A stretch of 64,000 bases of DNA from a bacterium (GTDB lineage: Bacteria; SAR324; XYD2-FULL-50-16; G965216635). Both the position numbers and the translations under genes were made by a program. Every line of letters begins with the position of its first letter. Position 1 is the stretch's first letter. The DNA is taken from positions 2,304,001 to 2,368,000 of the forward strand of contig OZ244188.1 of NCBI GenBank assembly GCA_965216635.1, in the 5' to 3' direction. Below, one piece after another: positions 18,530 to 29,064 of this stretch. Below the pieces are notes generated by a model, which was given only the letters and a program-made list of their open reading frames with translations, did no database searches and was not told where the DNA came from.

Positions 18530-19281
18530 GTTTTCGTCCTTGTATAGACCTCTACCAAGGAGCGGTAAGACAAATTGTGGGTAAAACTCTTCATAAAAAA
18601 GAAGGTCCCATTATCAATTTTTCTGCCACAAAGCCTATAGAATGGTTTGTAGACCTTTACAAAAAAGACAACTTAACGGACGGACATATTGTTTTGCTTG
18701 GAGACGGTAATTGTGAAATTGCGCTCAAAGCAATTCATAGATGGCAAGGTAGTTTTCAAGTGGGAGGGCAAATGAACGAGGAAAATGCCTCTTTTTGGTT
18801 AGATAATGGAGCTAAAAAAATTATTTTTACTTCTTGGATTTTTAAAAAAAATAAAATTCATTGGGATAGACTTGAACGACTAGCTAAAAAAATCAGTCCA
18901 GAAAAAATTGTTTTAGATCTCAGCTGTCAACGATTTAAAGATAATTATTATATTATGACAGAGCATTGGGAAAATAGAAGCAAACACAATCTTTCAAAGT
19001 TAGCAGAAAAACTAGCAGACTATTGCTCGGAGTTTTTAATTCATGCTACTTCTGTAGAAGGGCAAAAAAAAGGAATAGAAAAAAAACTTATTTCTACTAT
19101 TGCAGGTTATAAAAAACCAGCAAAAATTACTTATGCTGGGGGTATTGCAAGTCCGCAAGATATTGAATATATTTTAAAAGAAGGAAAAGGTAGATTGTTT
19201 TTTACTATTGGAAGTGCTTTAGATATTTTTGGAGGAAAAATTTCTTATCGTTGGGTAGTAAAAAATTTCAAAAGTCTATAG
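18526..19281 (+). CDS. hisA: ProFAR isomerase, His6/eukaryotic-type
   Basis: FRPCIDLYQGAVRQIVG, LDLSC, EFLIHA..VEG, TIGSALDIFGG. Confidence 0.88.
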   Translation: MSFRPCIDLYQGAVRQIVGKTLHKKEGPIINFSATKPIEWFVDLYKKDNLTDGHIVLLGDGNCEIALKAIHRWQGSFQVGGQMNEENASFWLDNGAKKIIFTSWIFKKNKIHWDRLERLAKKISPEKIVLDLSCQRFKDNYYIMTEHWENRSKHNLSKLAEKLADYCSEFLIHATSVEGQKKGIEKKLISTIAGYKKPAKITYAGGIASPQDIEYILKEGKGRLFFTIGSALDIFGGKISYRWVVKNFKSL

Positions 19282-19299
19282 ACTGCTTTAAGAATTTTG

Positions 19300-19327
19300 G
19301 AAACCTTTCTCGCGGAAGGTTTCTTTT
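19300..19327 (+). terminator. Putative intrinsic terminator
   Basis: GAAACCTTTC...GGAAGGTTTC followed by TTTT. Confidence 0.55.
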
Positions 19328-19372
19328 AATAATAAATGGGCTATTTTAAAAAATCATTAACAATTTAAAATT

Positions 19373-20563
19373 ATGAGAAAAGATTACGGTAAACTTTCGG
19401 TTGCCTTGCATAAAAAAATCGTAGGTAAAATTAGTATTGCTCCAAAAATAGAAATTTCTAATTTAGACGACCTTTCCACTGTTTATTCACCGGGTGTGGC
19501 AGAGCCGTGCCGACAAATTGTTTGTAATCCTGAGAAAGTTTATCAGATGACGATGAAAGCTAATGCTATTGCAGTTGTATCTGATGGCTCTGCAGTATTG
19601 GGTTTAGGAAATATCGGTGCGGAAGCTGCCATACCAGTAATGGAGGGTAAGGCGATTTTGTTTAAAAAATACGCTAATATTGATGCGATACCTATTTGTT
19701 TAAAAACTCAGGATACTCAAGAGTTGATAAATACTATTATCAATATATCTCCTAGTTTTGGTGGCATTAACCTAGAAGATATTTCCGCTCCCCGCTGTTT
19801 TAAAGTAGAAGAATCTTTGCAAGAATTAGGTATTCCAGTATTCCACGATGATCAGCACGGCACGGCAATAGTTGCTACAGCGGCTCTTATCAACGCTGTT
19901 AAAGTCACTGGGAAAAAATTTAAAAATTTAAAAATAGTAATCAATGGAGCAGGAGCAGCAGGTAAAGCTATTTTAGGAATGCTTCGCTCTGTAGGAGATG
20001 CATACCCTAACTACCAAGTAAAAGATATTCTTGTCTGTGATTCTAAGGGTATAATAGAAACTAGCCGTGAAGATATTATTATGAATAAGCATAAAAATGA
20101 AATAGCCTTGACTTCAAATAAAAGTGCTACTAAAGGGAATTTAAAAAATGCTTTAAAATCTGCAGATGTTTTTATTGGAGTAAGTTTAGGAGGATTGTTA
20201 AATATAGAAATGATAAAAACTATGGCTGAGAAACCCATTATTTTTGCGCTAGCAAACCCTACTCCAGAAATTTTTCCAGAAGAAGCTAAAAAAGGCGGGG
20301 CTTCTATTGTTGCTACTGGTAGGAGCGATTATCCTAATCAAGTCAACAATGTTTTGGTTTTTCCTGGTATTTTTAGAGGGGCATTAGATGCTAGAGCTTC
20401 TCGCATTACTGATGCAATGAAAATATCTGCTGTGTTTGCTTTGGCGGGTTATGTTAAAAAACCCACAGCTGATTTGATAGTTCCCTCTCCGCTAGACAAA
20501 GGAGTGGCTAAAACAGTAGCAGAAGCCACAAAGCGCTCCTGCATAAAAAATTTAAGACCTTGA
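19373..20563 (+). CDS. NAD(P)-dependent malic enzyme
   Basis: [45 protein letters not shown]. Confidence 0.95.
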   Translation: MRKDYGKLSVALHKKIVGKISIAPKIEISNLDDLSTVYSPGVAEPCRQIVCNPEKVYQMTMKANAIAVVSDGSAVLGLGNIGAEAAIPVMEGKAILFKKYANIDAIPICLKTQDTQELINTIINISPSFGGINLEDISAPRCFKVEESLQELGIPVFHDDQHGTAIVATAALINAVKVTGKKFKNLKIVINGAGAAGKAILGMLRSVGDAYPNYQVKDILVCDSKGIIETSREDIIMNKHKNEIALTSNKSATKGNLKNALKSADVFIGVSLGGLLNIEMIKTMAEKPIIFALANPTPEIFPEEAKKGGASIVATGRSDYPNQVNNVLVFPGIFRGALDARASRITDAMKISAVFALAGYVKKPTADLIVPSPLDKGVAKTVAEATKRSCIKNLRP

Positions 20564-22290
20564 TGAAAAAGTATTTGGATAAATTTGCAGTAATAACCCT
20601 CGGTTGCGATAAAGATGGGACAATTCTAGTACAGAATTCAGCAGCAAAAAAAATAGCTTGGTTACCCAAAACAGGTGAAAATTTTATCCATTGGAGTAAC
20701 ATTTCTGATTTGCAAGATACATATTGTCAAACCAAATATTTACCAAAAACGAGCAAGGAGGTTGAAGCAATTAAATTTCAAATCGTTCCTTACAAACAGG
20801 ATGAAGCTATACGCCATCTAGTTTTTATTTTCCTAGAATCTCAATTTCCTAGGCAGGTATCAGAAAAAACGCTATCTTCGGAAACAGTGGAAGAACTTTG
20901 GAATACCTCTTCAAAAATCACTTTCTCCGAAGAACCACTTATTTCTTTTAGCGAGTGTTATTCTTTCTTTTTAGATATCTTTAAAGATGCCACTTTTCAA
21001 TCCAATGTAGCATTTGAAGATTCCACTGTTTATGGAGATAGATCTTTATTGGAAAAAATTTTTAAGGCAATAAAAGATATTATTTTCATGAATACCAGCT
21101 CCTCTTCTCATTTTACTGTCACTGCTACCCATAACAAAGACCGCAAACAAATTGTTCTAGAAATCAAACTCACACATTCTTTCAATAGGATACAAAAAAA
21201 CAAGTTCAGTGATTATATTCACAAAATTCAAAAGGATTTAGAAGTTATACAAGCAACCCTAAAAATAGAAAATTTGAATTTCAAACCTATTATTTTGCTC
21301 GTTCTAAATACCAAAGAACAAAATATTAATCCGCTTAAAGTTTTAGTTATAGATTCTTATGAACGCTCACTCAAGCAAATGGTAAAATATCTAAAAACAG
21401 CGGATCCTTTTGTAAAAATTGCTGCTGTTTCCAAGCCTAAACGAGCTTTATCCATTTCTAAAAAAGAGTTTAATGTTATTATTCTAGATCCCCACATCAA
21501 TAGATTTAAGTTTTTTCCTTATTTTTTTAAAAAGTTTAACTACGTTCTGGTAGATCAAATTATGGAAAACCAAGAAGCAAATATTATTATTTGCATCGTA
21601 TTTTATGGCAAACTCTTAGAAGAAGTTACTGCTTCCCGCTTCAACATAGTGGATTATCATAATAAGCCTTACCATTGTAATAAGACAAAAGTTAAGGTGC
21701 AGCATATTTTGCAAACTGCGAGAAAAATGGAGACTCTCAATCAAGATTTAGCAAAGGCACAGTATTTTTCTCAAATTGACAAACTTACAGGACTTTTTAA
21801 CCGCAGATATTTTGACACTTTTAGTCATCGGCTAGTGCAGGAAGCAACGGATAAAAATTTTTCCTTTGCACTTTTTATTTTAGATGTAGATTTTTTTAAA
21901 AACTACAACGACATTAATGGACACGCAGAAGGAGATGTTGTGCTAAAGAAATTAGCAAAACTGTTAGAAGCTACTCTTCGCTCTACTGATATAATTACTA
22001 GGTTGGGAGGGGAAGAATTTGTAATTTTATCTCCTAAAGTACAAGTAAATACTGGATTTATTATTGCTGAAAAAATTAGAATCTCAGTAGAGAAGTACCA
22101 ATTTAAAAATCAAATCAAACAACCCAATAAAAACCTTACTGTGAGTATAGGTATAGCAATTTTTCCTACAGATGCATTTACGATTACAGATCTTTTTAGT
22201 ATAGCAGATAAAAATCTCTATCAAGCAAAGGAAAAAGGTAGAAATCGGTCAGTCTCCAACCGACACAAACAGACAACTCAAAGAGCATAG
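20560..22290 (+). CDS. Diguanylate cyclase with receiver-like domain
   Basis: DKLTGLFNRR, DVDFFKNYND..GH..GD, RSTD I-site, GGEEF. Confidence 0.9.
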   Translation: MMKKYLDKFAVITLGCDKDGTILVQNSAAKKIAWLPKTGENFIHWSNISDLQDTYCQTKYLPKTSKEVEAIKFQIVPYKQDEAIRHLVFIFLESQFPRQVSEKTLSSETVEELWNTSSKITFSEEPLISFSECYSFFLDIFKDATFQSNVAFEDSTVYGDRSLLEKIFKAIKDIIFMNTSSSSHFTVTATHNKDRKQIVLEIKLTHSFNRIQKNKFSDYIHKIQKDLEVIQATLKIENLNFKPIILLVLNTKEQNINPLKVLVIDSYERSLKQMVKYLKTADPFVKIAAVSKPKRALSISKKEFNVIILDPHINRFKFFPYFFKKFNYVLVDQIMENQEANIIICIVFYGKLLEEVTASRFNIVDYHNKPYHCNKTKVKVQHILQTARKMETLNQDLAKAQYFSQIDKLTGLFNRRYFDTFSHRLVQEATDKNFSFALFILDVDFFKNYNDINGHAEGDVVLKKLAKLLEATLRSTDIITRLGGEEFVILSPKVQVNTGFIIAEKIRISVEKYQFKNQIKQPNKNLTVSIGIAIFPTDAFTITDLFSIADKNLYQAKEKGRNRSVSNRHKQTTQRA

Positions 22291-22325
22291 ATCAAGCCTT
22301 TAAATAGTCTAGCCAAAACCAAAAA

Positions 22326-23564
22326 ATGAGCTTTAAAAATTTCACCCCGTTTGCAAAGTCTTGCAGAAATTTCACACTCCTTTTTCCAGCAATGGCTCTG
22401 TTTTTTATTTTTTCTTCCTGTGCTCCTACTGTTTTTATTGACACTTCTAATTTAATTCCAGTAAATGCAAAAAAAATAGATATAGCAGACGACCTAGACT
22501 TAAAAACGCTCCACCAAAGTGCAGCAGCAAGTTTAAGCTATTTAAAAAAACTTTCTCCAGAACAAAAATTTCAATACGGCAAATTGGAATATTCCGCTAA
22601 AGAAGTTATTTTGTCTATGGAGTTGCTACAAAAAACAATTAAAACTTCCAATTCCAAGAAAAAATTTATAAACAAACTAAAAAAGAAATTTCTTTGGTGG
22701 AAATCTCCCGGTAGAAAACAAGACCGTAGAGTGCTTTTCACTGGCTACTTTGAACCTCAATATCCTGCTGCAAGTAAGCCCTCTAAAAAATATTCTGTGC
22801 CTGCCTTTGCCATTCCTAAAGATTTGAAAGTTTTAGATTTAGGAAAATTCAGACAAAATCTTAAGAATCAAACTATAGTTTATCGTTTAGAAAACAACAA
22901 AATTTTGCCTTATTATACTAGAAAAGAAATTATGGAGAAAAATGTATTAGAAAAAAAAGCGACTCCATTGGTTTGGTTTAGCGATCCTGTAGATTTATTT
23001 TTTCTACAAATTCAAGGCTCTGGTCTAGTAGAAACTCCAAGTGGTAAAAAATTGAGGCTAGGTTATGCAGGCTCTAACGGCAGAAAATATAGTAGTATCG
23101 GAAAAACTCTCATCAAAAACAAAATTATTCCCAAAAAAGAAATGTCTATGGATGCTATTCAAAATTACCTAGAAAAAAACCCACAAGCAGTCAAACCCTT
23201 GCTTTACAAAAATAAAAGCTATGTTTTTTTTCGCTTGTTAGATTTGGACGAAGGTCCTTATGGATCCTTAGAAGTAGCATTGACCCCTGAACGCTCTCTA
23301 GCTGTGGATTATCGCTTATTTCCCAAAGCAGCTTTGGTTTATATTTCTACAAATAAACCCAACTGCGAGCAAGATCCAGACTGTAAATCTCATACACCTA
23401 TAAAAAGATTTATGCACATTCAAGATACTGGAGGCGCTATCAGAACTTTTGGTAGAGCCGATATTTTTTGGGGTAGAGGCAATCTAGCGCAAAAAACAGC
23501 AGGCTATATGCAGCATTTAGGTGATTTATTTGTTTTGGTTGCTAAGAAAGAATATTTAAAGTAA
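22326..23564 (+). CDS. mltA: Membrane-bound lytic murein transglycosylase A
   Basis: Lipobox FSSC, FTGYFEP, FLQIQGSG, QDTGGAI, DIFWG. Confidence 0.93.
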   Translation: MSFKNFTPFAKSCRNFTLLFPAMALFFIFSSCAPTVFIDTSNLIPVNAKKIDIADDLDLKTLHQSAAASLSYLKKLSPEQKFQYGKLEYSAKEVILSMELLQKTIKTSNSKKKFINKLKKKFLWWKSPGRKQDRRVLFTGYFEPQYPAASKPSKKYSVPAFAIPKDLKVLDLGKFRQNLKNQTIVYRLENNKILPYYTRKEIMEKNVLEKKATPLVWFSDPVDLFFLQIQGSGLVETPSGKKLRLGYAGSNGRKYSSIGKTLIKNKIIPKKEMSMDAIQNYLEKNPQAVKPLLYKNKSYVFFRLLDLDEGPYGSLEVALTPERSLAVDYRLFPKAALVYISTNKPNCEQDPDCKSHTPIKRFMHIQDTGGAIRTFGRADIFWGRGNLAQKTAGYMQHLGDLFVLVAKKEYLK

Positions 23565-23574
23565 TTTTTTTAAA

Positions 23575-23775
23575 AACCTGCAGAGACGCTCAAAACGGAG
23601 CATCTCATAAAATCAAGGAATAATTTTTTTAAAAACCTGTAGGGGATATTTTTTTTTTCAACGAAAAAAATGCGTCCCCGCCACACACAAACATCTTATT
23701 TAAGAACGGGGACACATTTTTTGCCCAAAATGGTTGCTTAGTCAACCATTTGGAGCAAAAAAAATGTCCCCTGCA
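23575..23775. repeat. Cluster of REP-like GYAGGGGA...TCCCC hairpins
   Basis: CTGTAGGGGATATTTTT..AAAAATGCGTCCCC; related inverted copies at 53900-54005. Confidence 0.7.
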
Positions 23776-23927
23776 TGTAAAGAAGAAAAAAAAATACTAA
23801 AAAACAAGGGTTGCTTTTTAAATAAAAATAATTCAAACTTTGCCTATATTAAGTTTATTGTTGGAATTTTATAGCATTTTAGAAAAAAATCCCTCCAAAA
23901 TAAACCAAAAACAACCAAAAACAACCA

Positions 23928-24100
23928 AACTAAAAAAAAAGATTGATTGTTTTTATTTTTTTAGTTACCCTTTATAAAGTTTTATAAAAATAAAACTGAA
24001 TAACCTAAATTAACTAAAAAAAGATTGATTGTTTTTATTTTTTTAGTTATCCTTTATAAAGTTTTATAAAAATAAAACCGAATAATCAAAATTAACTACA
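23928..24100. repeat. Tandem duplication (about 82-bp unit, 2 copies) upstream of the beta-barrel gene
   Basis: AAAGATTGATTGTTTTTATTTTTTTAGTTAyCCTTTATAAAGTTTTATAAAAATAAAAC occurs twice. Confidence 0.8.
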
Positions 24101-24108
24101 AAAAGACT

Positions 24109-25434
24109 ATGGAAACTCAAAAGACTATGAAGTTAAACAAATTAAACCAAAAAAAGACTATGGAATTTCAAAAAATTATAAAATCACAAGAAACTATGCA
24201 AACACAAGAAATTAGGCAAACAAAAGAAACTATGAAATCAAGCAAAATAACCCTGGCAATTTTAGCTTCGCTTTCGTGCTTGTTTTTACTTTTTGCGGGA
24301 GTAAATAATCTGCAAGCCCAAGAAGCAAGACAGCAAGGTTGGTCTATCGGGGTTAGTCCCTTTTATCTAGGTGCTAAAATCAAGACCACTACAGAAAACA
24401 CTACTCTCACAGAAATAGTAACAGAAACAACCAGAACATTGACTTCTACGAGGGCATTCAGTGCGAGCACCACCGATAATGTACCATCGGATACAACAGC
24501 AGGTGCAGAGTTACTAAATACTAGTGGTAAATTAATTTACAGTTCCAATCACGATAAAACAGCAATAAAAGCTGTAGAGGATATTTGTGACGATGGTAGC
24601 TATAATGGGATGGGGACCTATCTTGCTCGTCAGTTTGACGTAAATTCTATTGCTGATGCAACCGCTACAAGCAATATCAGAACAGATGCCTGTGACGAAT
24701 ACTTCCAAGTTATTGAAGCTTCTTTTGATGAATCGTTAACAGGAACAACTGTGAATTCTTCTCTATCGCGTTCCGTTAGCAGCGAAAATACCAGTTTAAG
24801 CGGCAACGGATTGCAACTAGGCTACGACTTTGAAAAGTTTCGTCTTTCTTTTAGCCTACACCAATGGAGTGCGGGAGATAACAAGCTGGATAGTCAAATT
24901 GTACTAGTAGATTGGCACCTGCCCTACGGGCTCTATGCAGGAGCTGGTTTAGCCCAAGCCAAGCTAGAGACTGTGCTAGGCTCGGATTCAAAAATAGCCC
25001 CCGCCGTTCATTTTGGCTATAAGCGAAATTTTAGCAAAAACTTTTCTATGGAGGCGGGACTGCTGTGGGTGGGGGCAAAGCTCTCTGTAAAACAGAGCGC
25101 TGCTGCACCAGAACCAACAAGAACCTCATTAGCAGTAGCTATACCGGAAGAGCGAGTCCTAGAGACTATTACCTCCTCTATATTAGTTGGAGGTTTAATA
25201 CAGAATGGTGTTTTAGACGAAATTTATTTTTTTGATCATAGAATTGCTACAACCAATTTTCCGGTGGCGACACGCACTGATAGAAGAATACTAGTAAAAG
25301 GAACAGTAACTCCAACTTATCAGTACAGAGCAAACACAAACACCTACAACACACAACCTGTGCCTACAAAAACAACAATAGAAGTAGAAGCACCAGCCTC
25401 CCTTTTTATTCGCTTCGTCTATCTCTTCAAGTAG
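24109..25434 (+). CDS. Predicted outer-membrane beta-barrel protein with large Thr/Ser-rich loops (start probably ATG 24232)
   Basis: Signal peptide ending LQAQ, amphipathic strands, C-terminal FIRFVYLFK; paralog of 52704-53900. Confidence 0.7.
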   Translation: METQKTMKLNKLNQKKTMEFQKIIKSQETMQTQEIRQTKETMKSSKITLAILASLSCLFLLFAGVNNLQAQEARQQGWSIGVSPFYLGAKIKTTTENTTLTEIVTETTRTLTSTRAFSASTTDNVPSDTTAGAELLNTSGKLIYSSNHDKTAIKAVEDICDDGSYNGMGTYLARQFDVNSIADATATSNIRTDACDEYFQVIEASFDESLTGTTVNSSLSRSVSSENTSLSGNGLQLGYDFEKFRLSFSLHQWSAGDNKLDSQIVLVDWHLPYGLYAGAGLAQAKLETVLGSDSKIAPAVHFGYKRNFSKNFSMEAGLLWVGAKLSVKQSAAAPEPTRTSLAVAIPEERVLETITSSILVGGLIQNGVLDEIYFFDHRIATTNFPVATRTDRRILVKGTVTPTYQYRANTNTYNTQPVPTKTTIEVEAPASLFIRFVYLFK

Positions 25435-25519
25435 AAGCAAAAACACCCCTTCTGACCATTTGGGCTCTGTGCCCCCTATTGATCAGCCATTGATTAAAGC
25501 AATACTTATATAGTGTCTC

Positions 25520-25661
25520 GAGACCTTTGAATCAAGCATTATGGGAAAGCTAGACAAGGAGCGAAAGTTTTTTACCCAAGAGGAATACTGGAGTATTTTG
25601 AGAAATAAAAAACTTGAGCAACGCAGTATAGCCGAACTAGAATGCCTAATTCAAAGGTCTC
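25520..25661. repeat. MITE-like element variant
   Basis: GAGACCTTTGAAT...ATTCAAAGGTCTC; shares ATAGCCGAACT with the element after rpmB (about 4946-5007). Confidence 0.7.
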
Positions 25662-25776
25662 GTTTCTTCTTAAGACTAATACAACCAGTCTCTCAACACA
25701 TACTTCCCTCCTCTTTTAGGAAGTCTAAATACAGGTATTTTTCCTAATGCTCCACCACCTCTTTTTCCTTTTACTC

Positions 25777-25879
25777 GGTATTATTACTGGTATTATTACT
25801 GGTATTATTACTGGTATTATTACTGGTATTATTACTGGTATTATTACTGGTATTATTACTGGTATTATTACTGGTATTA
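25777..25879. repeat. 12-bp minisatellite (GGTATTATTACT) x8.6
   Basis: Perfect tandem copies. Confidence 0.97.
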
Positions 25880-25970
25880 GAGCTAAAATAACTTTTATTG
25901 CCACGCATCAAATTTACTATTGTTTTTTTTTACTTTAACAAGTAGAATAAAAATTATTTTATAAATACAA

Positions 25971-27395
25971 ATGATTAAAATTTTTTTTACTTTTTGGTTT
26001 CTTGTGGGGCTTTTGGTGTCTTCTGTTTTTGCCATCAATCAGGAGGAGTTTATCAAACGATTACAAGAAACACATCCTTTTTTTAAAGGGCAAAACCTAA
26101 ATACTAGCATTCAGCAGAAAATCCAAAAAAGCCACCTCGGAGCAACCGATTGGAGGTTAAATTTGAATGCAAGTAGTTCGGCTAGTACCTTTAGAACAAA
26201 CGATTCTGGTGATCCGCAAAATAGAGGATTAAAAGCTACTAGCCAAAATAATTTCACTAGCTCTTTCAAGCGAAATTTTTTTTCTACTGGAGGAAATCTA
26301 AGCTTAGACTATCAATTTACAGATACAAAAAATGACTTGAAAGAGGGGACGAGTTCTTCTACCAAACAAGGAGCGTCTATTTCTTACAATCAACCGCTGC
26401 TAAAAAATTTTAAGGGAGTTTTGGATCGCACTGCTTACGATCTGGTAGGGTATAATATAAAAATAGCAGAATTGCAAAGCTTAGAAGCAAAAGAAAGTTT
26501 TTTATTACAACAGCTTTTTCTTTTTTTAGATTGGGCTCTTTTTGAAGCAGAATATAAAATTACACAAAATAGACTCAAGCTATTAAAAAAAGAGTTGGCT
26601 ACTACACAAAGAAAATACAAAGCTTCTTTTTCATTGAAAGTGGATTTAATCTCACAACAAGCAGCTGTTAGTAATTTGGAGCTGGCTCTTTTATCTAAAA
26701 AATCAGAGTTAGCCGATGTGCGAGAACAACTGGCAGCTCTTTTTCAAGATAAAAACTTTTTGGATTCGGAAATCCCCGAAATAAACATTTTTAGTTTAGA
26801 TTTTTCTATAGAAAAAAATTTAAACAACTATCTTAAAGAGAATTCGCGGGTTTTAAGAATCATCCAATACCAAAAACAACAAAATCAGAGACAACAAAAA
26901 AGCTACCACAACCAAAAACAAATACAATTGGATTTATCTCTAAGCGCTTCGCAATTGGATGAGATAACGGACACTACCTCTGGTAGCAGCTCTAATGGTG
27001 GCAGCTCTAATTATGAAATTGCTCTGCAATTTTCTTTACCACTAGGGAATAATCAAGCAGAGGGTCAACTCGCAGAGTCTCTTTTACAGCTGCAGCAATT
27101 AAACTATAATTACGATTCAGAGTTTAGAAATTTATTAGCAAACTTACGAGGATTGGAAACAAGGTTAAAAATTTTAGAAGATACTTTAGCTTTAAACACA
27201 AACCAAATTTCTCTAGCTAGACTGAGAACATTAGAAGAAATGAGAAGATATAAACTTGGACACGGTAGTAGTGTTTTGGTTTTACAAGCCCAGGACAACG
27301 AGCAGAACGCGGAAGTGGGTTTTGCTCAAATAGCTGTTGTCTATCAAAAAATAGTCTTACAGTATATGGCTTTATTAGATAAGTTATTACCTTAG
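25971..27395 (+). CDS. TolC-family outer membrane efflux protein
   Basis: Signal peptide, YNQPLL, FSLPLGN, RYKLG...VLQAQ; near an RND gene. Confidence 0.85.
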   Translation: MIKIFFTFWFLVGLLVSSVFAINQEEFIKRLQETHPFFKGQNLNTSIQQKIQKSHLGATDWRLNLNASSSASTFRTNDSGDPQNRGLKATSQNNFTSSFKRNFFSTGGNLSLDYQFTDTKNDLKEGTSSSTKQGASISYNQPLLKNFKGVLDRTAYDLVGYNIKIAELQSLEAKESFLLQQLFLFLDWALFEAEYKITQNRLKLLKKELATTQRKYKASFSLKVDLISQQAAVSNLELALLSKKSELADVREQLAALFQDKNFLDSEIPEINIFSLDFSIEKNLNNYLKENSRVLRIIQYQKQQNQRQQKSYHNQKQIQLDLSLSASQLDEITDTTSGSSSNGGSSNYEIALQFSLPLGNNQAEGQLAESLLQLQQLNYNYDSEFRNLLANLRGLETRLKILEDTLALNTNQISLARLRTLEEMRRYKLGHGSSVLVLQAQDNEQNAEVGFAQIAVVYQKIVLQYMALLDKLLP

Positions 27396-27452
27396 TTTTA
27401 ATAATTTTGAGAATTATACGTTTTAAAAATCAAATTTTATAATTAGAAAATA

Positions 27453-28784
27453 ATGGCAGCATCAAACATAAAAAACCGCACTATCTTCTGTAAAGATAAT
27501 TTAGATATTTTAGAGGGTATAAATAGTGATTGTATTGATTTGATTTATTTAGACCCACCTTTTAATACGAACAAGATATGGCATGCACCGATAGGTAGTA
27601 ATGCTGAAGGAGCAAAGTTTGATGATGTTTTTAAAGAAGAAGACGTTAAGGACGAATGGCTTGAAACAATTAAAGAAGATTATGATGAATTGTATGATTT
27701 CTTAAGAGGAATAAAGAGAATAGGGCATCAATCAAATTTTTGTTATTTGTGCTATATGGCAATTCGTCTTATTGAGATGTACCGTATTTTAAAAGATACG
27801 GGTAATATTTATTTACACTGCGACTCTACGATGAGCCATTATCTTAAAATAGTATTAGATTGTGTTTTTGATGAGAAGAATTTTAGAAATGAGATTGTTT
27901 GGTGTTACGAAGATGTTGGAGGGAGAGCTACGAAATATTTTAAAAGAAAAAAAGATGTAATATTTTTTTATCAAAAAGCAGACACTAAAGATAGAATTTT
28001 TAATCAACAACACAAACAATTATCAAAAAGCACTATAGAAAGATATGGGAAATATTTTGATGGAAATGGAATTATAACATACCAAAAATTAAAAGATTCT
28101 AGTCCTGGCGCTTTTAAAAAATTAAAAGGAATTCCAGATGATTTATCAAAAATATGGTTAGATAAAAATAAAGGACAGCCTATTTCAGATTGGTGGATAG
28201 ATATATCAACTATTAAAAAAGGATTTAATGAATCTACAGGCTATCCAACACAAAAACCATTAAAGCTATTAGGTAGAATTATAAAAGCAAGTACAAACAA
28301 AGGGGATATAGTATTAGATCCTTTTTGTGGTTGTGCGACGACTTGCGTTGCTAGTGAAATGTTAGAAAGACAATGGATTGGAATTGATGTCTCTATTGAA
28401 GCATATAATCTAGTAAAATCAAGACTAGTAAAAGAAGTAAAACCAGCATTACTAGATCCTGAAAAAGCAGTAAATTTTTCAACCGCCATACCAGTAAGAG
28501 AGGATGTGGCTAAGGATTATAGACTTAAAAAATGGGTGTATGTTATTTCAAATCCAAAATACGAAGGAGAATACAAGGTAGGTATAGCTAAATATGTAGA
28601 AGCTAGATTGAATTCTTATCAAACATCAGACCCTGACCGTTCTTATAAACTTGAATATAAACTAGAAACTCCTTTTTTTAGAGAAATAGAAAAATTCATA
28701 CTAGACAAGTTTGCCAACAAGCACGAATGGGTAACAGCTGAATTAAAAAGTATTATCAAAGAAATTAAAAGTTATAAAGAATAA
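27453..28784 (+). CDS. N6/N4 DNA methyltransferase (beta class) fused to a C-terminal GIY-YIG/T5orf172-like domain
   Basis: IYLDPPF, YPTQKP, LDPFCGCATT; WVYVISNP...YKVGIA...ARLNSYQTSDP...HEWV. Confidence 0.85.
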   Translation: MAASNIKNRTIFCKDNLDILEGINSDCIDLIYLDPPFNTNKIWHAPIGSNAEGAKFDDVFKEEDVKDEWLETIKEDYDELYDFLRGIKRIGHQSNFCYLCYMAIRLIEMYRILKDTGNIYLHCDSTMSHYLKIVLDCVFDEKNFRNEIVWCYEDVGGRATKYFKRKKDVIFFYQKADTKDRIFNQQHKQLSKSTIERYGKYFDGNGIITYQKLKDSSPGAFKKLKGIPDDLSKIWLDKNKGQPISDWWIDISTIKKGFNESTGYPTQKPLKLLGRIIKASTNKGDIVLDPFCGCATTCVASEMLERQWIGIDVSIEAYNLVKSRLVKEVKPALLDPEKAVNFSTAIPVREDVAKDYRLKKWVYVISNPKYEGEYKVGIAKYVEARLNSYQTSDPDRSYKLEYKLETPFFREIEKFILDKFANKHEWVTAELKSIIKEIKSYKE

Positions 28785-29064
28785 ACTATGCCGTATAGTA
28801 GATATAAAAAAAACCAAAGACAGCCTACGAGGGAGCGAGCTTGCAATAATGAGATTTTTAACCCCCAAAACGAAAATGATCTACAACCAAAGGCAGAAAA
28901 GGTGTTGGGTAAAGAAAAAATTATGCAGATTGAGATGAAGTTTTAAAACACGCATTTTTACAAATCAATGTCTATAAATAAAACAGGAACTGGGTTTTTA
29001 AGCGTATAATTCCTATAATTTTTATAAAAACTTTTATAAAAATTTCTATGATTAAATAAATAAT

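Noticed and set aside
25541..25938. ORFs 25541-25747 and 25747-25938 (GIIT repeats)
   Set aside because: They overlap a MITE-like element and the 12-bp minisatellite; likely spurious
28788..28946. Short ORF after the methyltransferase
   Set aside because: 52 codons with no recognisable motif; possibly a remnant but unsupported
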